A DNA stretch of 62,902 nucleotides, counting the filler, from Octopus bimaculoides (Eukaryota): assembly GCF_001194135.2 (NCBI RefSeq). It is 8 parts of 7 records of this genome, joined end to end, with 100 filler letters (N's around TTAATTAATTAA, not from the genome) between each part and the next. Parts side by side here need not be neighbours in the genome. Positions count along the whole stretch, not along the records: positions 29,745 to 54,084 come from NC_068982.1; 7 more parts are not named here. One strand, given 5' to 3'. Numbering within the stretch: the stretch's first letter is position 1; every line of letters begins with the position of its first letter. The position numbers and the translations under genes are program-made. Below, piece after piece: positions 36,809 to 50,236 of the stretch. Below the pieces are notes generated by a model, which saw only the letters and a list, made by a program, of their open reading frames with translations, was not told the DNA's origin and made no database searches.

Positions 36809-37118
36809 TAATGGTTCTCAATTTGGATCCATATAACTCTTTGGGGTCCATATAAGATTAATATGGGACTCACAATATATTAAGAGTCCATGAAAAAATG
36901 TTACTTTTGATGTATTTATTGCAAGAAACAGTTAAGCTTCTTTCTCTGGCAGTTTTGCATAGTTCAGCTTACACAAGTGAATGTCTGAAAAGCAAAATAG
37001 GAATTGTGAAAGAAGTTTCTAGAAAACTAGTTTTTAAACACTGAATGGCTATGGGGGTCCACCTGAGTAAAACTGTAATCAAAGGGGTTCAGAGGTAAAA
37101 AGTGGTTGAGAACCACTG
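36809..37118. mobile_element. hAT (Charlie/Buster-like) MITE
   Basis: TIRs TAATGGTTCTCAA and TTGAGAACCACTG (11/13 match); internal ggggtcca repeats; TSD not clear. Confidence 0.6.
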
Positions 37119-38084
37119 ACCTACAAGAAACATTATATAATTACTTCAAAATTAAAATTATTAAGTTGTTGAACCAGTCTTACATTGAAATGTTCCCATA
37201 AATATAGAAAAGAGTTAAAGTATTTCAACAGTGAATAAATGTTTTAATTCAATAGGCATAATTTTGCCTAAAAATTTTTAGCATAAGTAAATAGCCGGAT
37301 AACTAAATTTGACACAGATTTACAATGTTTATTTTTGATTCTTTCATTGTCTGCCGATGTCGTCACGAGTTTAAATTCTAAACTGACTTTTCTTAGAAAT
37401 TTTTATTTGCTCTTAATATTCTTTTCGTATGCATTCAGGTGTGATAAATTTTATTTCAGTTTGCTTTGAATTTGACCTATATTTTGGGTGACCTTCATGA
37501 CATTGTGTTAGCATAAATTTTCGGAATTATTGGTGTGACTGATATTCTGTACCTTTGTTTTCTGTATCTAAATACATTAGCACAACAGAAGCAATTTATG
37601 ATGTAATCATCAATTAAAAGATGTAATTTTCTCTGTCCTTGTTCATGTTGTTACTTATATTCATTTCATGAAGCTATATATGTATTGATCAGTGAAATGA
37701 AGACTCCTCTCCTCATCCATTTATTGCAGATCTTTCCACATGTTTCTTCACTGCCATTCTCCAAGATGTATAGAATAACAATATAAATCTGCTTCTAAAA
37801 CTCTTCTTCAATATTTCAGTCTCTGTTTTCCTCTGACACAATCCTTAATATTTACCTCAACTCTGGTCGTTTCTTTATTGTTTATTTCTCATTTTTCTCA
37901 TTTGTGACTCTGAACCAAGATTCAATTCAAATAAACACACCTACGCATACAAACCTTCATTCACTTGTGCACACACACACACACACACACACACAATTTG
38001 AATGTTTATTATATGATGAGACAAAAAACACTGTAAGATGTTGCTGTTTAATGTCTTTTGTTTTTTTTATCCTTGTTGTTTCAG

Positions 38085-38345
38085 AGTTCGACTGCCAATT
38101 ACGAAATGACTGTGATCGGAGAAGCTCATGGATTAATCACAGATATGTTGGCAGAAGCTAACTTACCTCCACACATTGTCAATGGATTACGGGCTGTGAG
38201 TATCTTGCTGAAGGCCCCTGAGAACCACAACTCCATACATAAAACTAAAGTAAGCCCTTTGGTCTCGTTAAACGAGACCACCTCCTATGGGTCTGATTCT
38301 GATGACTTACCATATACTGGAGAAAGGCCAACATCATTACCAAAA
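38085..38345 (+). CDS. PDE3: PDE3 (cGMP-inhibited 3',5'-cyclic nucleotide phosphodiesterase) internal coding exon, regulatory region, phase 0-0, 87 aa
   Basis: Polypyrimidine tract plus ttcag acceptor ending 38084; donor GTAAGT at 38346. Peptide [42 protein letters not shown]...HKTKVSPLVSLNE...SYGSDSDD...SLPK matches recalled human PDE3A [33 protein letters not shown]...[22 protein letters not shown]...AIPK. Confidence 0.95.
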
Positions 38346-38675
38346 GTAAGTTAAACTTTTTTTCTATTGTTTTGTTTTTCAGTCAATCATAACAAATGGA
38401 TGCTATTATGGTAGTTTATTATAATTTACAGAAGCACCATTCTCTCAGAGCTTTTCTGCTAGTATTGTCATGTTTGTATGAAACTTGTGTGATGTAGGAG
38501 TAAGGCCCGAGGCTGAGTTTTCTTTGCAACCCAGAGAAACAAAAGCCAGCACATTTTGTTAAATGCAGCATTGAAGTACCAAAGAATATTTGGTAGAGGA
38601 GAATGAAGTTCAGCCTGTTTTACTACCTTCCCCTCAAAGCAACCTGGAGATCTCAATTCAGAAGGCCAGCTTTAA

Positions 38676-38881
38676 CCCTTTCGATACCACCTCTGGCTAT
38701 GTAATACAAATGTCTTGTTTTCAAAAGTTTTGAATTAAAATCTTCCTCCAAACCTTAGTCACAATTTATGTTCCTAACACTAGCTGAACGATAACCAAGT
38801 TATTTTACTAAATTCTTTGTTATATTTAAAGTAATTGAAAGAAACACAGAGCATCTCAACAGAAATACAGTAACGAAAGGG
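38676..38881. mobile_element. piggyBac-like MITE
   Basis: TTAA|CCCTTTCGATAC ... GTAACGAAAGGG|TTAG (11/12 match). Confidence 0.75.
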
Positions 38882-39939
38882 TTAGGTTTTGATGTATAAG
38901 CAAACATTCTTGAAGAGACTCCTTGCATTGTATGGGTGTATAACAGACAAGACAGCTTGTTCTGAAAAGTTATTGAAATTGGTCTTCATTGTTAATCCTT
39001 TAACAGAATTGTTCCAAGTTTTTTTTGTTTTGTTTTTTTTTTTTTGTCTTTCATTTCCTTTTCTTCTTCTTCTTCTTGTACATATTCCCTTTGCTTCTTC
39101 AGCATCCTGTTTGTTTGCTCTGCTGTTTCTGTTTGTATTTCACAACTGTTCACACAAGACATTTGTCTACATATCCTGTGCCATTTTTGTCATGAGGATT
39201 ATCATTTGGCTCCTGAATATTCACAAACTGTGAAAGCTGATTCAGTGTATTGTTTCAAAGTCAATTATTCTCTCCTTGGGACACCCTAACCCTCGTCTGT
39301 AGCTGTGTGTAGCAATCTTACTCTCAACCCCTTTGTGTGTTTCATTTGTTTTGCTCTGGTTTTCTCTAATTCAGTTGCCCTTCGTCTTTCTGCATCTCTC
39401 ACACATCTTTTCTTTCTTTCTTTCCTTTTTTTTTTTTTTTTTTGATGACCCACATTGAATTGAACATTTCTAATGTGGAAACAAATAATGCAGGATGTAT
39501 TATTGTAATCAATATGTTAAATGAAATCAATATATCACCAACCAAGAAACACAAAGCCATCCATGTAGCCCATGTAGAAAATAAGTCAAAGCTTTCCTTA
39601 TTCGATCGACCATAAACATTTGTGTTTGAATGAAACTTGAGGTGGAAAACTTCTCTCAGTAATTTTGTTATGATAAATCGATATAGTGTAAAGATTTCAA
39701 ACAAATATTTTGCAATCACTTATTTTTAATGAAAACAATTGAAAAGAGAGAGAGAGAGAGAGAGAGAGCATTGCCTAGAATATACTAGGGGTGGCATTAG
39801 TTTGTTACACTCCACTTCCTTACAGACATTACTCGCACCCCTTGTTCATAATCCCAAGGTAGAATGCTTTATCATTATCAAACCACTTTGCTAATTGTCA
39901 TCATTTAGCAGTCATAAATCACTTTGTTTTGAAAAATAT

Positions 39940-40490
39940 GTCCTCTGGTGCATTACTATGACAATAACAATGGACAGAGGTCAGCAGATAGAATCCACTG
40001 TTTTTGCCAACCTCTCTAACCTGCTAAGTACACAATGAATTCATACTACAGCTTATGACCCCCTGTCTAACAGAATGACCAAACATTTTCATAGACCACT
40101 TGAAGCAGCCTTAAAAGCACAAACCCTGCTGATTGTGTTAAGTACCACTGTTTAGGAAGGCTTAGGTTGCTCCCCTGCAGAGTAACTGTATGGTCAAATG
40201 ATATTTAGTTACAACAGGACAACACCAACCATATTCATCGGATGTTAAGTTACACGGCAGAGTTACCAGCATTAATAACGAGACATCAATCGGTTAACTT
40301 TTGTTCAACCCACTGTCACCACCTGGACTTGTGTATTTGTACGCAACAATACAGTTAAGCGTTCCTTGCAGGCTGTATATTCCAGCCTGTAGCATGTATT
40401 TAAAAAGCTAAACCAAAGTATATGGCTTTGAACATTCAAGGAAGACAAGAGACTGTCAGTGTAGCTGGACTTCAGCTGGCTTTTGTCAAG
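39940..40490 (+). mobile_element. Gypsy LTR-retrotransposon integrase remnant
   Basis: TITMDRGQQIESTVFANLSNLLS...HTTAYDPLSNRMTKHFHRPLEAALKA, then CVFVRNNTVKRSLQAVY and NIQGRQETVSV (GPY/F module), spread over broken frames. Confidence 0.75.
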
Positions 40491-40947
40491 TCTGTTCCCC
40501 TACCACAACACCTCTTCTGCCACACATAAACATCACAATGCATTATCCAGCAACAGGGGCTGAAAAGGGTCACCGAAAGTGGAAGAAGAGTACCTTGGCC
40601 ACGGTTAGGTACACTTGCTCATATTTTTATTAACACACAAACACAAAAAATAATTTATTTTTATAGTCCACCCAAAAAAATAAAAGAACTGCAAAACTTG
40701 GCATTTTTCTATGAACTTTTTATTGTTACATGGACATTTTTTTCCAACAATTTTTCTGAGAGATAGGTCGATTGATAGAGAGAAAGACAGATAAATAAGT
40801 GGGTGGGTAGGGAGGTAGGCAGATTGATTGATTGATTGCCTATGTGGATTTTCACATCTCAAAAATCAGGTGTTTCAGAAAAATATACAATTTCATCATA
40901 CAATTTTCAAAATAACTGGAATTTCCACAGGTACTGCTAGCTATTCA

Positions 40948-41340
40948 AGGTGGTGAGCTGGCAGAATTGTTAGCACACTGGGCGAAATGCTTACCGGTAT
41001 GTCGTCTGCCACTACATTCTGAGTTCAAATTCTGCTGAGGTTGACTTGGCCTTTCATCCTGTCGGGGTTGATAAAATTAGTACCAGTTACGCACTGGGGT
41101 CAATGTAATCAACTTAATCTCCTCCCCTAAGCTGCCCTCATGGCAAAAATTATTATTATTATTATTAAGGTGGCAAGTTGGCAGAATCATTAGCACGCCA
41201 GACAAAATGCTTAGCAGCATTTTGTCCATCTTCACATTCAGGGGTCAATAAATTAAGTACCAGTTGCACACTGGGGTCGACGTAATCAACTAGTCCCCCT
41301 CCCCACAAATTTCAGGCCTTGTGCCTTTAGTAGAAAGGAT
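40948..41340 (+). mobile_element. Two tandem SINE family B copies separated by (ATT)n
   Basis: ggtggtgagctggcagaattgttagcac and ggtggcaagttggcagaatcattagcac heads. Confidence 0.8.
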
Positions 41341-42607
41341 TATTATTATGATTATTATCATTGACTTTATTGGAGTTGTTGCTGTTGTTGTTACCATTAG
41401 CAACTGCTAGTTTGATGGCTGCCAGCCAATTTGTTCAGCTTTGAGGTGAACGATTCCAAAGACTTGCCATAAATCATTCCCATGTAACACTACTGGGAAC
41501 CAAAGTTAATCAATAACTGGAACTATACTAAAGACGTGCATGTTCTGCCCCCCCNNNNNNNNNNNNNNNNNNNNNNNNNNNNNNNNNNNNNNNNNNNNNN
41601 NNNNNNNNNNNNNNNNNNNNNNNNNNNNNNNNNNNNNNNNNNNNNNNNNNNNNNNNNNNNNNNNNNNNNNNNNNNNNNNNNNNNNNNNNNNNNNNNNNNN
41701 NNNNNNNNNNNNNNNNNNNNNNNNNNNNNNNNNNNNNNNNNNNNNNNNNNNNNNNNNNNNNNNNNNNNNNNNNNNNNNNNNNNNNNNNNNNNNNNNNNNN
41801 NNNNNNNNNNNNNNNNNNNNNNNNNNNNNNNNNNNNNNNNNNNNNNNNNNNNNNNNNNNNNNNNNNNNNNNNNNNNNNNNNNNNNNNNNNNNNNNNNNNN
41901 NNNNNNNNNNNNNNNNNNNNNNNNNNNNNNNNNNNNNNNNNNNNNNNNNNNNNNNNNNNNNNNNNNNNNNNNNNNNNNNNNNNNNNNNNNNNNNNNNNNN
42001 NNNNNNNNNNNNNNNNNNNNNNNNNNNNNNNNNNNNNNNNNNNNNNNNNNNNNNNNNNNNNNNNNNNNNNNNNNNNNNNNNNNNNNNNNNNNNNNNNNNN
42101 NNNNNNNNNNNNNNNNNNNNNNNNNNNNNNNNNNNNNNNNNNNNNNNNNNNNNNNNNNNNNNNNNNNNNNNNNNNNNNNNNNNNNNNNNNNNNNNNNNNN
42201 NNNNNNNNNNNNNNNNNNNNNNNNNNNNNNNNNNNNNNNNNNNNNNNNNNNNNNNNNNNNNNNNNNNNNNNNNNNNNNNNNNNNNNNNNNNNNNNNNNNN
42301 NNNNNNNNNNNNNNNNNNNNNNNNNNNNNNNNNNNNNNNNNNNNNNNNNNNNNNNNNNNNNNNNNNNNNNNNNNNNNNNNNNNNNNNNNNNNNNNNNNNN
42401 NNNNNNNNNNNNNNNNNNNNNNNNNNNNNNNNNNNNNNNNNNNNNNNNNNNNNNNNNNNNNNNNNNNNNNNNNNNNNNNNNNNNNNNNNNNNNNNNNNNN
42501 NNNNNNNNNNNNNNNNNNNNNNNNNNNNNNNCCTCTATCTTCACATTCAGATAATCACTAATTCCAAATTTGGAAACACACATTCTTTCACTCTGCTCTT
42601 GAGTCAA

Positions 42608-42638
<31 letters not shown>

Positions 42639-44577
42639 GCACGCACACACAAATATAGTGAAGAGAGGGAGCCACTGCTTGTTAGAAACAGCAGTTAAAT
42701 CTTCCTCAAACTATTCACTATTCTCTTAAAACGTGACACAACCGGTGAGGCAGTCCAAGATATATTTAGTCCCCTGGTGACTAGGCGAGGCAGTCATGGC
42801 AGAAACGTGTTTTAATTGTTTAGGTTTGTTCAGTCACTGCCCAGCTCTGTAACGATCATCAGTGTTCAACATGTGTCTTCCATGCTGGCATAGGTTGGAC
42901 GCTTTAACAGGAGCTGCAAAGCCAGGAGTTGTACCGGGTTCCAGTTGTTTGTTGTGGAATGGTTTCCATGGCTGGGATGCCCTTCCCGACACCAACCACT
43001 TTACATAGTGTACTGGGTGCCTTTTTCATGGCACCATCACCAGTGCTTTTAATGTCACACCATCACCAAGGTGATCACCTGGTACCTTGCAAGACAAAAA
43101 AAAAGCCCAAAACCCCTCAACTGGGAGGAGGAGGAGCTTTGTGCCAGTTGAGAGATTATAGGGATAGAACAGTAAGATTAGTGTTAATGTAGTGTCGTGA
43201 GCCAGTATCTTAATTAGCATAATTATATGTGTAATGAGGAGAAAGAGTTAACATCACCATTCTGCTTATTAAGAGCAGTGGATTGGCAGAATTGTTAAAG
43301 CATTGGAAGAAATTCCTGACAGTATTTCTTCTGTCTCTCTCCGTTCTGAATTCAAAATTAGCTGAGGTCAATTTTACCTTTTATCTTTTCATGGTTGATA
43401 AAAGAAGGGACCAGTCAAGTTCTGGGGTCGGTGTGGACAACTAATCTCTCAGAATTACTGACCTTCTGTCTAAATGAGAAAATGATATTAAGTTTGTGTT
43501 TTGAAGATAATTTAAGAAAGATTCTTCACTGAAACAAAGGTGGAAGGTGAAGCCACTGCTTCTCTGCAGGGAGAGGTCACAGTTCCAGTGCCACAGACAT
43601 GGGATTAGAATGTCACAGGAAAGAATCACAAAGTGAATTCTTCAAGTGGAACCAACCAGCAAGAGACCCAAGAATGGAATGGATGGATATAATATCTGTA
43701 GTCCCAGTTGGCCACATGTGGGAACCCAACCAGAAAGTCTAATGATGGTCGCTTCTGTCAGGAACCTGGGGGTGGGGGGAGGGGTCTGAACGCTGTAGTC
43801 TTGTGACCATCCCCCCACCCATTACACTCTCGGAGTGGTTGGTGTTAGGAAGGGCATCCAGCCATAGAAACCATACCAAATCAGACCAGAGTTTGGTGCA
43901 GCCTCTCAGCTTACCAGCCCTGGTCAAACTGTCCAACCCATGCCAGCATGGACAACGGGCATTGATGATGATGATGATGAACCAGTAGTGATTCCAGGTT
44001 GGCATCAGGAGTTCAATACGAGAGAGCTTCATGACAATTATGTCTCAGTCTAAAGAAAAATAGTAAATTTTAGAGTTTTATTAATAAAAGACAAAAAAAA
44101 GCCATTTTAATAGTTTTGTGGCAGAACAGATATTTTGACGTTGATTAAACGACTCGTTTAAAAAACAAATTGTTTCTAAAACAGGTGTGGCCCATGGATG
44201 CTTTGCCTTTTGATTTTGCCATTCATAATAGAAACACACACACAATGGGTTGCAGGTAGCGAAGGTTCAAATTCTGCAATGGTCTGAAAAGTGTTAACCA
44301 ATTCTAAAGAGAGAGAGACAAAGTAGACACTCCACTTTCACTAAGATGAGCATACAATGGATTGTTTTGGCCTGAATTCTTGACCTTATTCTCTATTCCA
44401 TCAGTTTCTGGAATTCTCTAAGCAGAATCACTTCATGGCTTTTCACTCCATACACATCTTTGTCTTAGCAATTTGAACCAAGCACTTAATTTTTTAAAGC
44501 CTGCTACTTATTCTACCAGTTACTTTTTGCCAAACTGCTAAGTTATGGAGACATAAACAAACCAACACTATTGTCAA

Positions 44578-44645
<68 letters not shown>

Positions 44646-44868
44646 GTGTTTGTGTTTGTCATCCCCCTCACTGCTTGACAATTAGTGTTGGTGTGTTTAT
44701 GTTCCCGTAACTTACCAGTTTAGTAAAAGACACTGATAGAATAAGTACCAGGCTTAAAAAAGTATATCCTGGGGTTGACTTGTTCAACTAAAACCATTCA
44801 AGGCAGTGCTCCAGCATGGCCACAGTCAAATGACTGAAACAAGTAAAAGAATAAAAGAAATATGTGTG

Positions 44869-44904
<36 letters not shown>

Positions 44905-46390
44905 TTGATAGATTCATACATACACACACACACACACTCATATATATATGACTTGCTGCTTTCAATTTCCATCTATCAAATCCACTCAGGGTTTTTGTCA
45001 ACCCAAGGCTATAGTAGAAGACCTTGTTCAAGGTGCCATACAGTGGGACTGAACCCAGAACTGTGTGGTTGGGAAGCAAGCTTTTTGTCATATGTACACA
45101 GAAACTGTGCAAAAGATATCTATCCATGTGTGTGTGTATATATATATATATATATACACACACCCCACGTGTGTGTGTGTTTGTTCATATGTGAACACAT
45201 CTGTACATATGCCATCACTATATCAGCCAGCATAATAATTATCTTAATGGCACTCTGTGTGTGCGCGCACACGTGCGTGTGTGTGTGTGAGTGAAGAGAT
45301 GTAACTCAATGGATGCAACAACTGCAAAATTCAGGATGGAAACCGACACAGTCTCTCTCCCTTTACTTTAATTTGGGATCAGTTTAAGGGGTAAAAATCT
45401 TCAGTCTTTAAATTCTACCCACTTCCATCACATCTCTGTATATTGGCATCTGTTGTAGGAAACAGTCTGGCTTCACACGCATCATCATCATTTAATGTCC
45501 GCCTTACGCACACAAAATACATGTAATCTGCACACACACACACACACACACACCCAATGTACCCTCTCAACCACGGTCATCAGTTTGCTATGAATAAATA
45601 TTCATGAAGACGGCACCATCTCTGAGATGGACTCCATGTTAGAGTGCAGCTGACTCTTTCTAGGTTAGTCTTCTTCCGACAGAATACTATTGATAAATGT
45701 TTTATCAGTGTCATTGACGTCAAACAACTTTACTCTAACCTCCTCCTCTTCCTTCTCCTCCTCTCCTCCATCCGTTCTCAAAGACTTTCATTCCATCACC
45801 TTATTCAGAAATCAACTTTCAGAACCAGCGGCGGCGGCGGCATTTTGACATCCAGATTCTTTGCCAGCATGGATTAGGGTTAGACAGGATCCAACAGGTT
45901 GAAGGACCACATCTGGCTCTCCAAAGATCCACAATAATTATATGAGGAGCAAGAGACGCATCTAAGAACTATAATAGATATCAGTGGGGAGCAAGAGGCA
46001 CATCTCAGAACCACAGTAAACTAAAAGGAATGTCAAAAGACAAATCAAGTTCTGGTGTTACCAATTCCATTTCTCAACATCTGAAAACAGATGGGGACGT
46101 TTGCTTTTAATCTGATCAGAGCCTCTTTCTGAGATGTGTAAGAGTATCTGAGTAGTTGGGTATTGGAGTTCAATACCCAGGAGGTTGGTGCAAAGTGGTT
46201 TAAGATTCTGACCTGTGACTCTAATGAAATGAAACAACCAGTGGAATAATATCAGGTTCATGGGTGTTGGTGCCATGTAAAATACACCCGCACCAGGGCC
46301 GCATAAATACACCTGGGCCAGTGTTTTGTAAAGGTGTCCAGTCCACTTTGTGGTTAGCATTAGAAAGGGCATCCAGCTGGCCAGCCCCCA

Positions 46391-46480
46391 CCAACCCATC
46401 CAACCCATCCAACCCATCCAACCCATCCAACCCATCCAACCCATCCAACCCATCCAACCCATCCAACCCATCCAACCCAC
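46391..46480. repeat. (CCAACCCAT)x10 tandem expansion inside an RTE 3' UTR copy
   Basis: Ten 9-bp units between gggcatccagc and ccagcatgg. Confidence 0.9.
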
Positions 46481-46943
46481 ACCAGCATGGAANNNNNNNN
46501 NNNNNNNNNNNNNNNNNNNNNNNNNNNNNNNNNNNNNNNNNNNNNNNNNNNNNNNNNNNNNNNNNNNNNNNNNNNNNNNNNNNNNNNNNNNNNNNNNNNN
46601 NNNNNNNNNNNNNNNNNNNNNNNNNNNNNNNNNNNNNNNNNNNNNNNNNNNNNNNNNNNNNNNNNNNNNNNNNNNNNNNNNNNNNNNNNNNNNNNNNNNN
46701 NNNNNNNNNNNNNNNNNNNNNNNNNNNNNNNNNNNNNNNNNNNNNNNNNNNNNNNNNNNNNNNNCAGTACACAACTGGTACTTATTTTATCAACCGTGAA
46801 AGAATGAAAGGCAAAGTCGACCTCAGCTGAATTTGAACTCAGAACGTAATGGCAGACGAAATAGCGCTAAGCATTTTGCCCGGTCTGCTAACGAGTCTGC
46901 CGGCTCCTCACCGCCTTCAGTAATAATAATAATAATAATAATC

Positions 46944-46980
<37 letters not shown>

Positions 46981-47324
46981 CAACAACAACAATAACATTA
47001 ATAATAATAATGATATACAATTGGAAAGGATATGAAAAGGGCAGAAAGCAAACGAAAAGGAAGAGTGCCTATTGGAATAGGTTGATGCATTTTAATGTCC
47101 ACTTTTCCATGCTTGCATGGATCAGACTTTATTGAGGCAGATTTCTGACAGTCAGATGCCCTTCCCATCACCAACTCCCACCCCTTTCCAAGTAAAATAA
47201 TAACTCCTCACTGCCAGACATGTTTTCATGGAATATTGGCAACGACAGTGACACTCATTGGCAAACTATCACACAATATCAGGGGGGACACACGGACACA
47301 CACTCACAAATGTGTGTGTGTGTT

Positions 47325-47540
47325 ATTTCTTTACTACCCACAAGGGGCTACACATAGAGGGGACAAACGGATTAAGTCAATTACATTGACCCCAGTGCGT
47401 AACTGGTACTTATTTAATCGACCCCGAAAGGATGAAAGGCAAAGTCGACCTCGGCGGAATTTGAACTCAGAACGTAGCGACAGACGAAATACCGCAAAGC
47501 ATTTCGCCCGGCGTGCTAACGATTCTGCCAGCTCACCGCC
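47325..47540 (-). mobile_element. SINE family B, well-preserved copy
   Basis: Near-identical to 61232-61462, with CpGs retained. Confidence 0.9.
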
Positions 47541-48745
47541 TTGTGTGTGTGTGTGTCATCTCATTTCACATCCACTTTCCATGCTTGTATGGGTTGGATG
47601 GTTTGGCAGGGAGCTGTTTTGGCATGGGTTCTAATACTGGATGCCCTTCCTAATGCCAACCACTTAGCAGGGTGTCCAGGGTGCTGTTTAAATGGCACTG
47701 GTACCTGCAAAGGACAAGCCTGGATGGACGGCAGGGATTTTACTTGGCTTGATGCATCTTCTCAAGTACAGCAAATAGCCACATCTTCTGGTCCCTTGTC
47801 ATTTCCTCAGTGAGGCCCAACATCTCACGATCCTTTCTCACCACTTCAACCAATGTCTTCCCGGGTCTTCCCCCTTCCACAGGTACCCTCCACAATTAGA
47901 TATTGGCACTTCTTTACGCAGCTGTCCCTTTCCAGCAGGCATGGGGATGGGGTAAGAAGTTTGCTTCCCACCACATGGTTCCAGGTTAAGTACTCGGGTC
48001 GATTCATTTGACTAAAAATTCTTCAAGGCATTGCCCCAGTATGGCCACAGTCCAATGACTGAAACAAGTAAAATATAAAAGATTTTTTTTAAAAAACCTC
48101 CTTTCTGTTTCCATATATCAAATCCACTCCCAATGCTTTTGCTTGCCTTGGGCTATAATGAAAAATACATACCCCAGATTTCCACACAGTGGGATTGAAC
48201 CTGGAACCCTGTGGTTGGGAGGCAGACGTCTTCAGTTTGTTGACCAAACATGGCATCTGGGTGTGTAAAAGAAATTAGAATTTAAGTATGTTGTGAATTA
48301 ATAGTGAAACTTGGTTCTGCTCTGTTGTCTCGTTGCCCCTACACCTCCTTGTATAGCAGCAGCACTCTTTGAAGATGTTGATGTCAATTCTAAAAAGAAG
48401 TGCTAGATTGTGTAAAGAAGAGGAAGTACGAAAAAGAAGCCGGATGGGAGGAGGAGGTAGATGAAGAAGTTGTTGTCGAGGTAGGAAGGTTAACATAAGA
48501 AGCTTTCGCTTTCTCCAAACATCCAACCAAAAAATAGACCAACCAGTTAATGAATGAAAAGTATATTGTCTGTTGATGAGGGAGGGGGGTTCTTGTTTTT
48601 TTTTTCTGGAAGTGATCAACATTGGGATGGGACAACAGCAGCAGCAGCAGCAGCAGCAAATCTACTATTTTCTTTACCAGTTCAAATGAACTTGTTACTG
48701 CTCTGTGTTAGTATGTTATATTCATACAGCTGCATTCATAAAATG

Positions 48746-48780
<35 letters not shown>

Positions 48781-49494
48781 CCACCACCATAANNNNNNNN
48801 NNNNNNNNNNNNNNNNNNNNNNNNNNNNNNNNNNNNNNNNNNNNNNNNNNNNNNNNNNNNNNNNNNNNNNNNNNNNNNNNNNNNNNNNNNNNNNNNNNNN
48901 NNNNNNNNNNNNNNNNNNNNNNNNNNNNNNNNNNNNNNNNNNNNNNNNNNNNNNNNNNNNNNNNNNNNNNNNNNNNNNNNNNNNNNNNNNNNNNNNNNNN
49001 NNNNNNNNNNNNNNNNNNNNNNNNNNNNNNNNNNNNNNNNNNNNNNNNNNNNNNNNNNNNNNNNNNNNNNNNNNNNNNNNNNNNNNNNNNNNNNNNNNNN
49101 NNNNNNNNNNNNNNNNNNNNNNNNNNNNNNNNNNNNNNNNNNNNNNNNNNNNNNNNNNNNNNNNNNNNNNNNNNNNNNNNNNNNNNNNNNNNNNNNNNNN
49201 NNNNNNNNNNNNNNNNNNNNNNNNNNNNNNNNNNNNNNNNNNNNNNNNNNNNNNNNNNNNNNNNNNNNNNNNNNNNNNNNNNNNNNNNNNNNNNNNNNNN
49301 NNNNNNNNNNNNNNNNNNNNNNNNNNNNNNNNNNNNNNNNNNNNNNNNNNNNNNNNNNNNNNNNNNNNNNNNNNNNNNNNNNNNNNNNNNNNNNNNNNNN
49401 NNNNNNNNNNNNNNNNNNNNNNNNNNNNNNNNNNNNNNNNNNNNNNNNNNNNNNNNNNNNNNNNNNNNNNNNNNNNNNNNNNNNNNNNNNNNNN

Positions 49495-50236
49495 CAAGCA
49501 GAGTTTAGTGTCCAATGAAGGAAAAGTATGCATAAGTGGGCTGGCATAGGCCACGGGTTATGGTTTCACTTGGCTTGCTTTGGTGAGGCAATGACTAGTT
49601 CGAAGGTCGTGCTTCACCACCTCATCCCAGATCTTCCTGGGCCTACCTCTTCCACAGGTTCCCTCAACTGCTAGGATGTGGCACTTTTTCACACAGCTAT
49701 CCTCATCCATTCTTGCCATATGACCATACCAGTGCAATCGTCTCTCTTGCACACCACATTCAAAGCTTCTTATGCTCAACATTTCTCTCAGGGTGCTTAC
49801 ACTCTGTCGGGTATGCACACTGACATTACACATCCATTGGAGCATACTGGCTTTATTCCTTGCAAGCTTATGCATGTCTTCAGCAGTCACGGCCCATGTT
49901 TCACTGTCATGTAGCATGGCTGTTCGTACACATGTGTCATACAGTCTGCCTTTTACTTTGAGTGAGAGGCCCTTTGCCAGCAGCAGAGGTAAGAGCTCTC
50001 TGAATTTTGCCCAGGCTAATCTTACTCTAGCAGCTACACTTTCAGTGCACCCTCCCCCGTTACTGACTTGGTTACCTAGGTAACGGAAGCTATCAACTAC
50101 TTCTAGTGTTTCTCCCTGGAATGTGGTGGGAGTTGTTCTCTGCACATTTTCAGTGTTTATTGCTCCTGAGCATCTGCCACATACAAAAACTATCTTCCTA
50201 GTTAACCTTCCTTTGATATTGCTGCACCTCTTATAT
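49495..50236 (-). mobile_element. RTE LINE, 3' portion of ORF (RT C-terminus) and start of 3' UTR
   Basis: KRCSNIKGRL...FVCGRCSG...LEVVDSFRYLG...AWAKFRELLPLL...RRLHWYGHMARM...GTCGRGRPRKIWDEVVKHDL. Confidence 0.92.
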
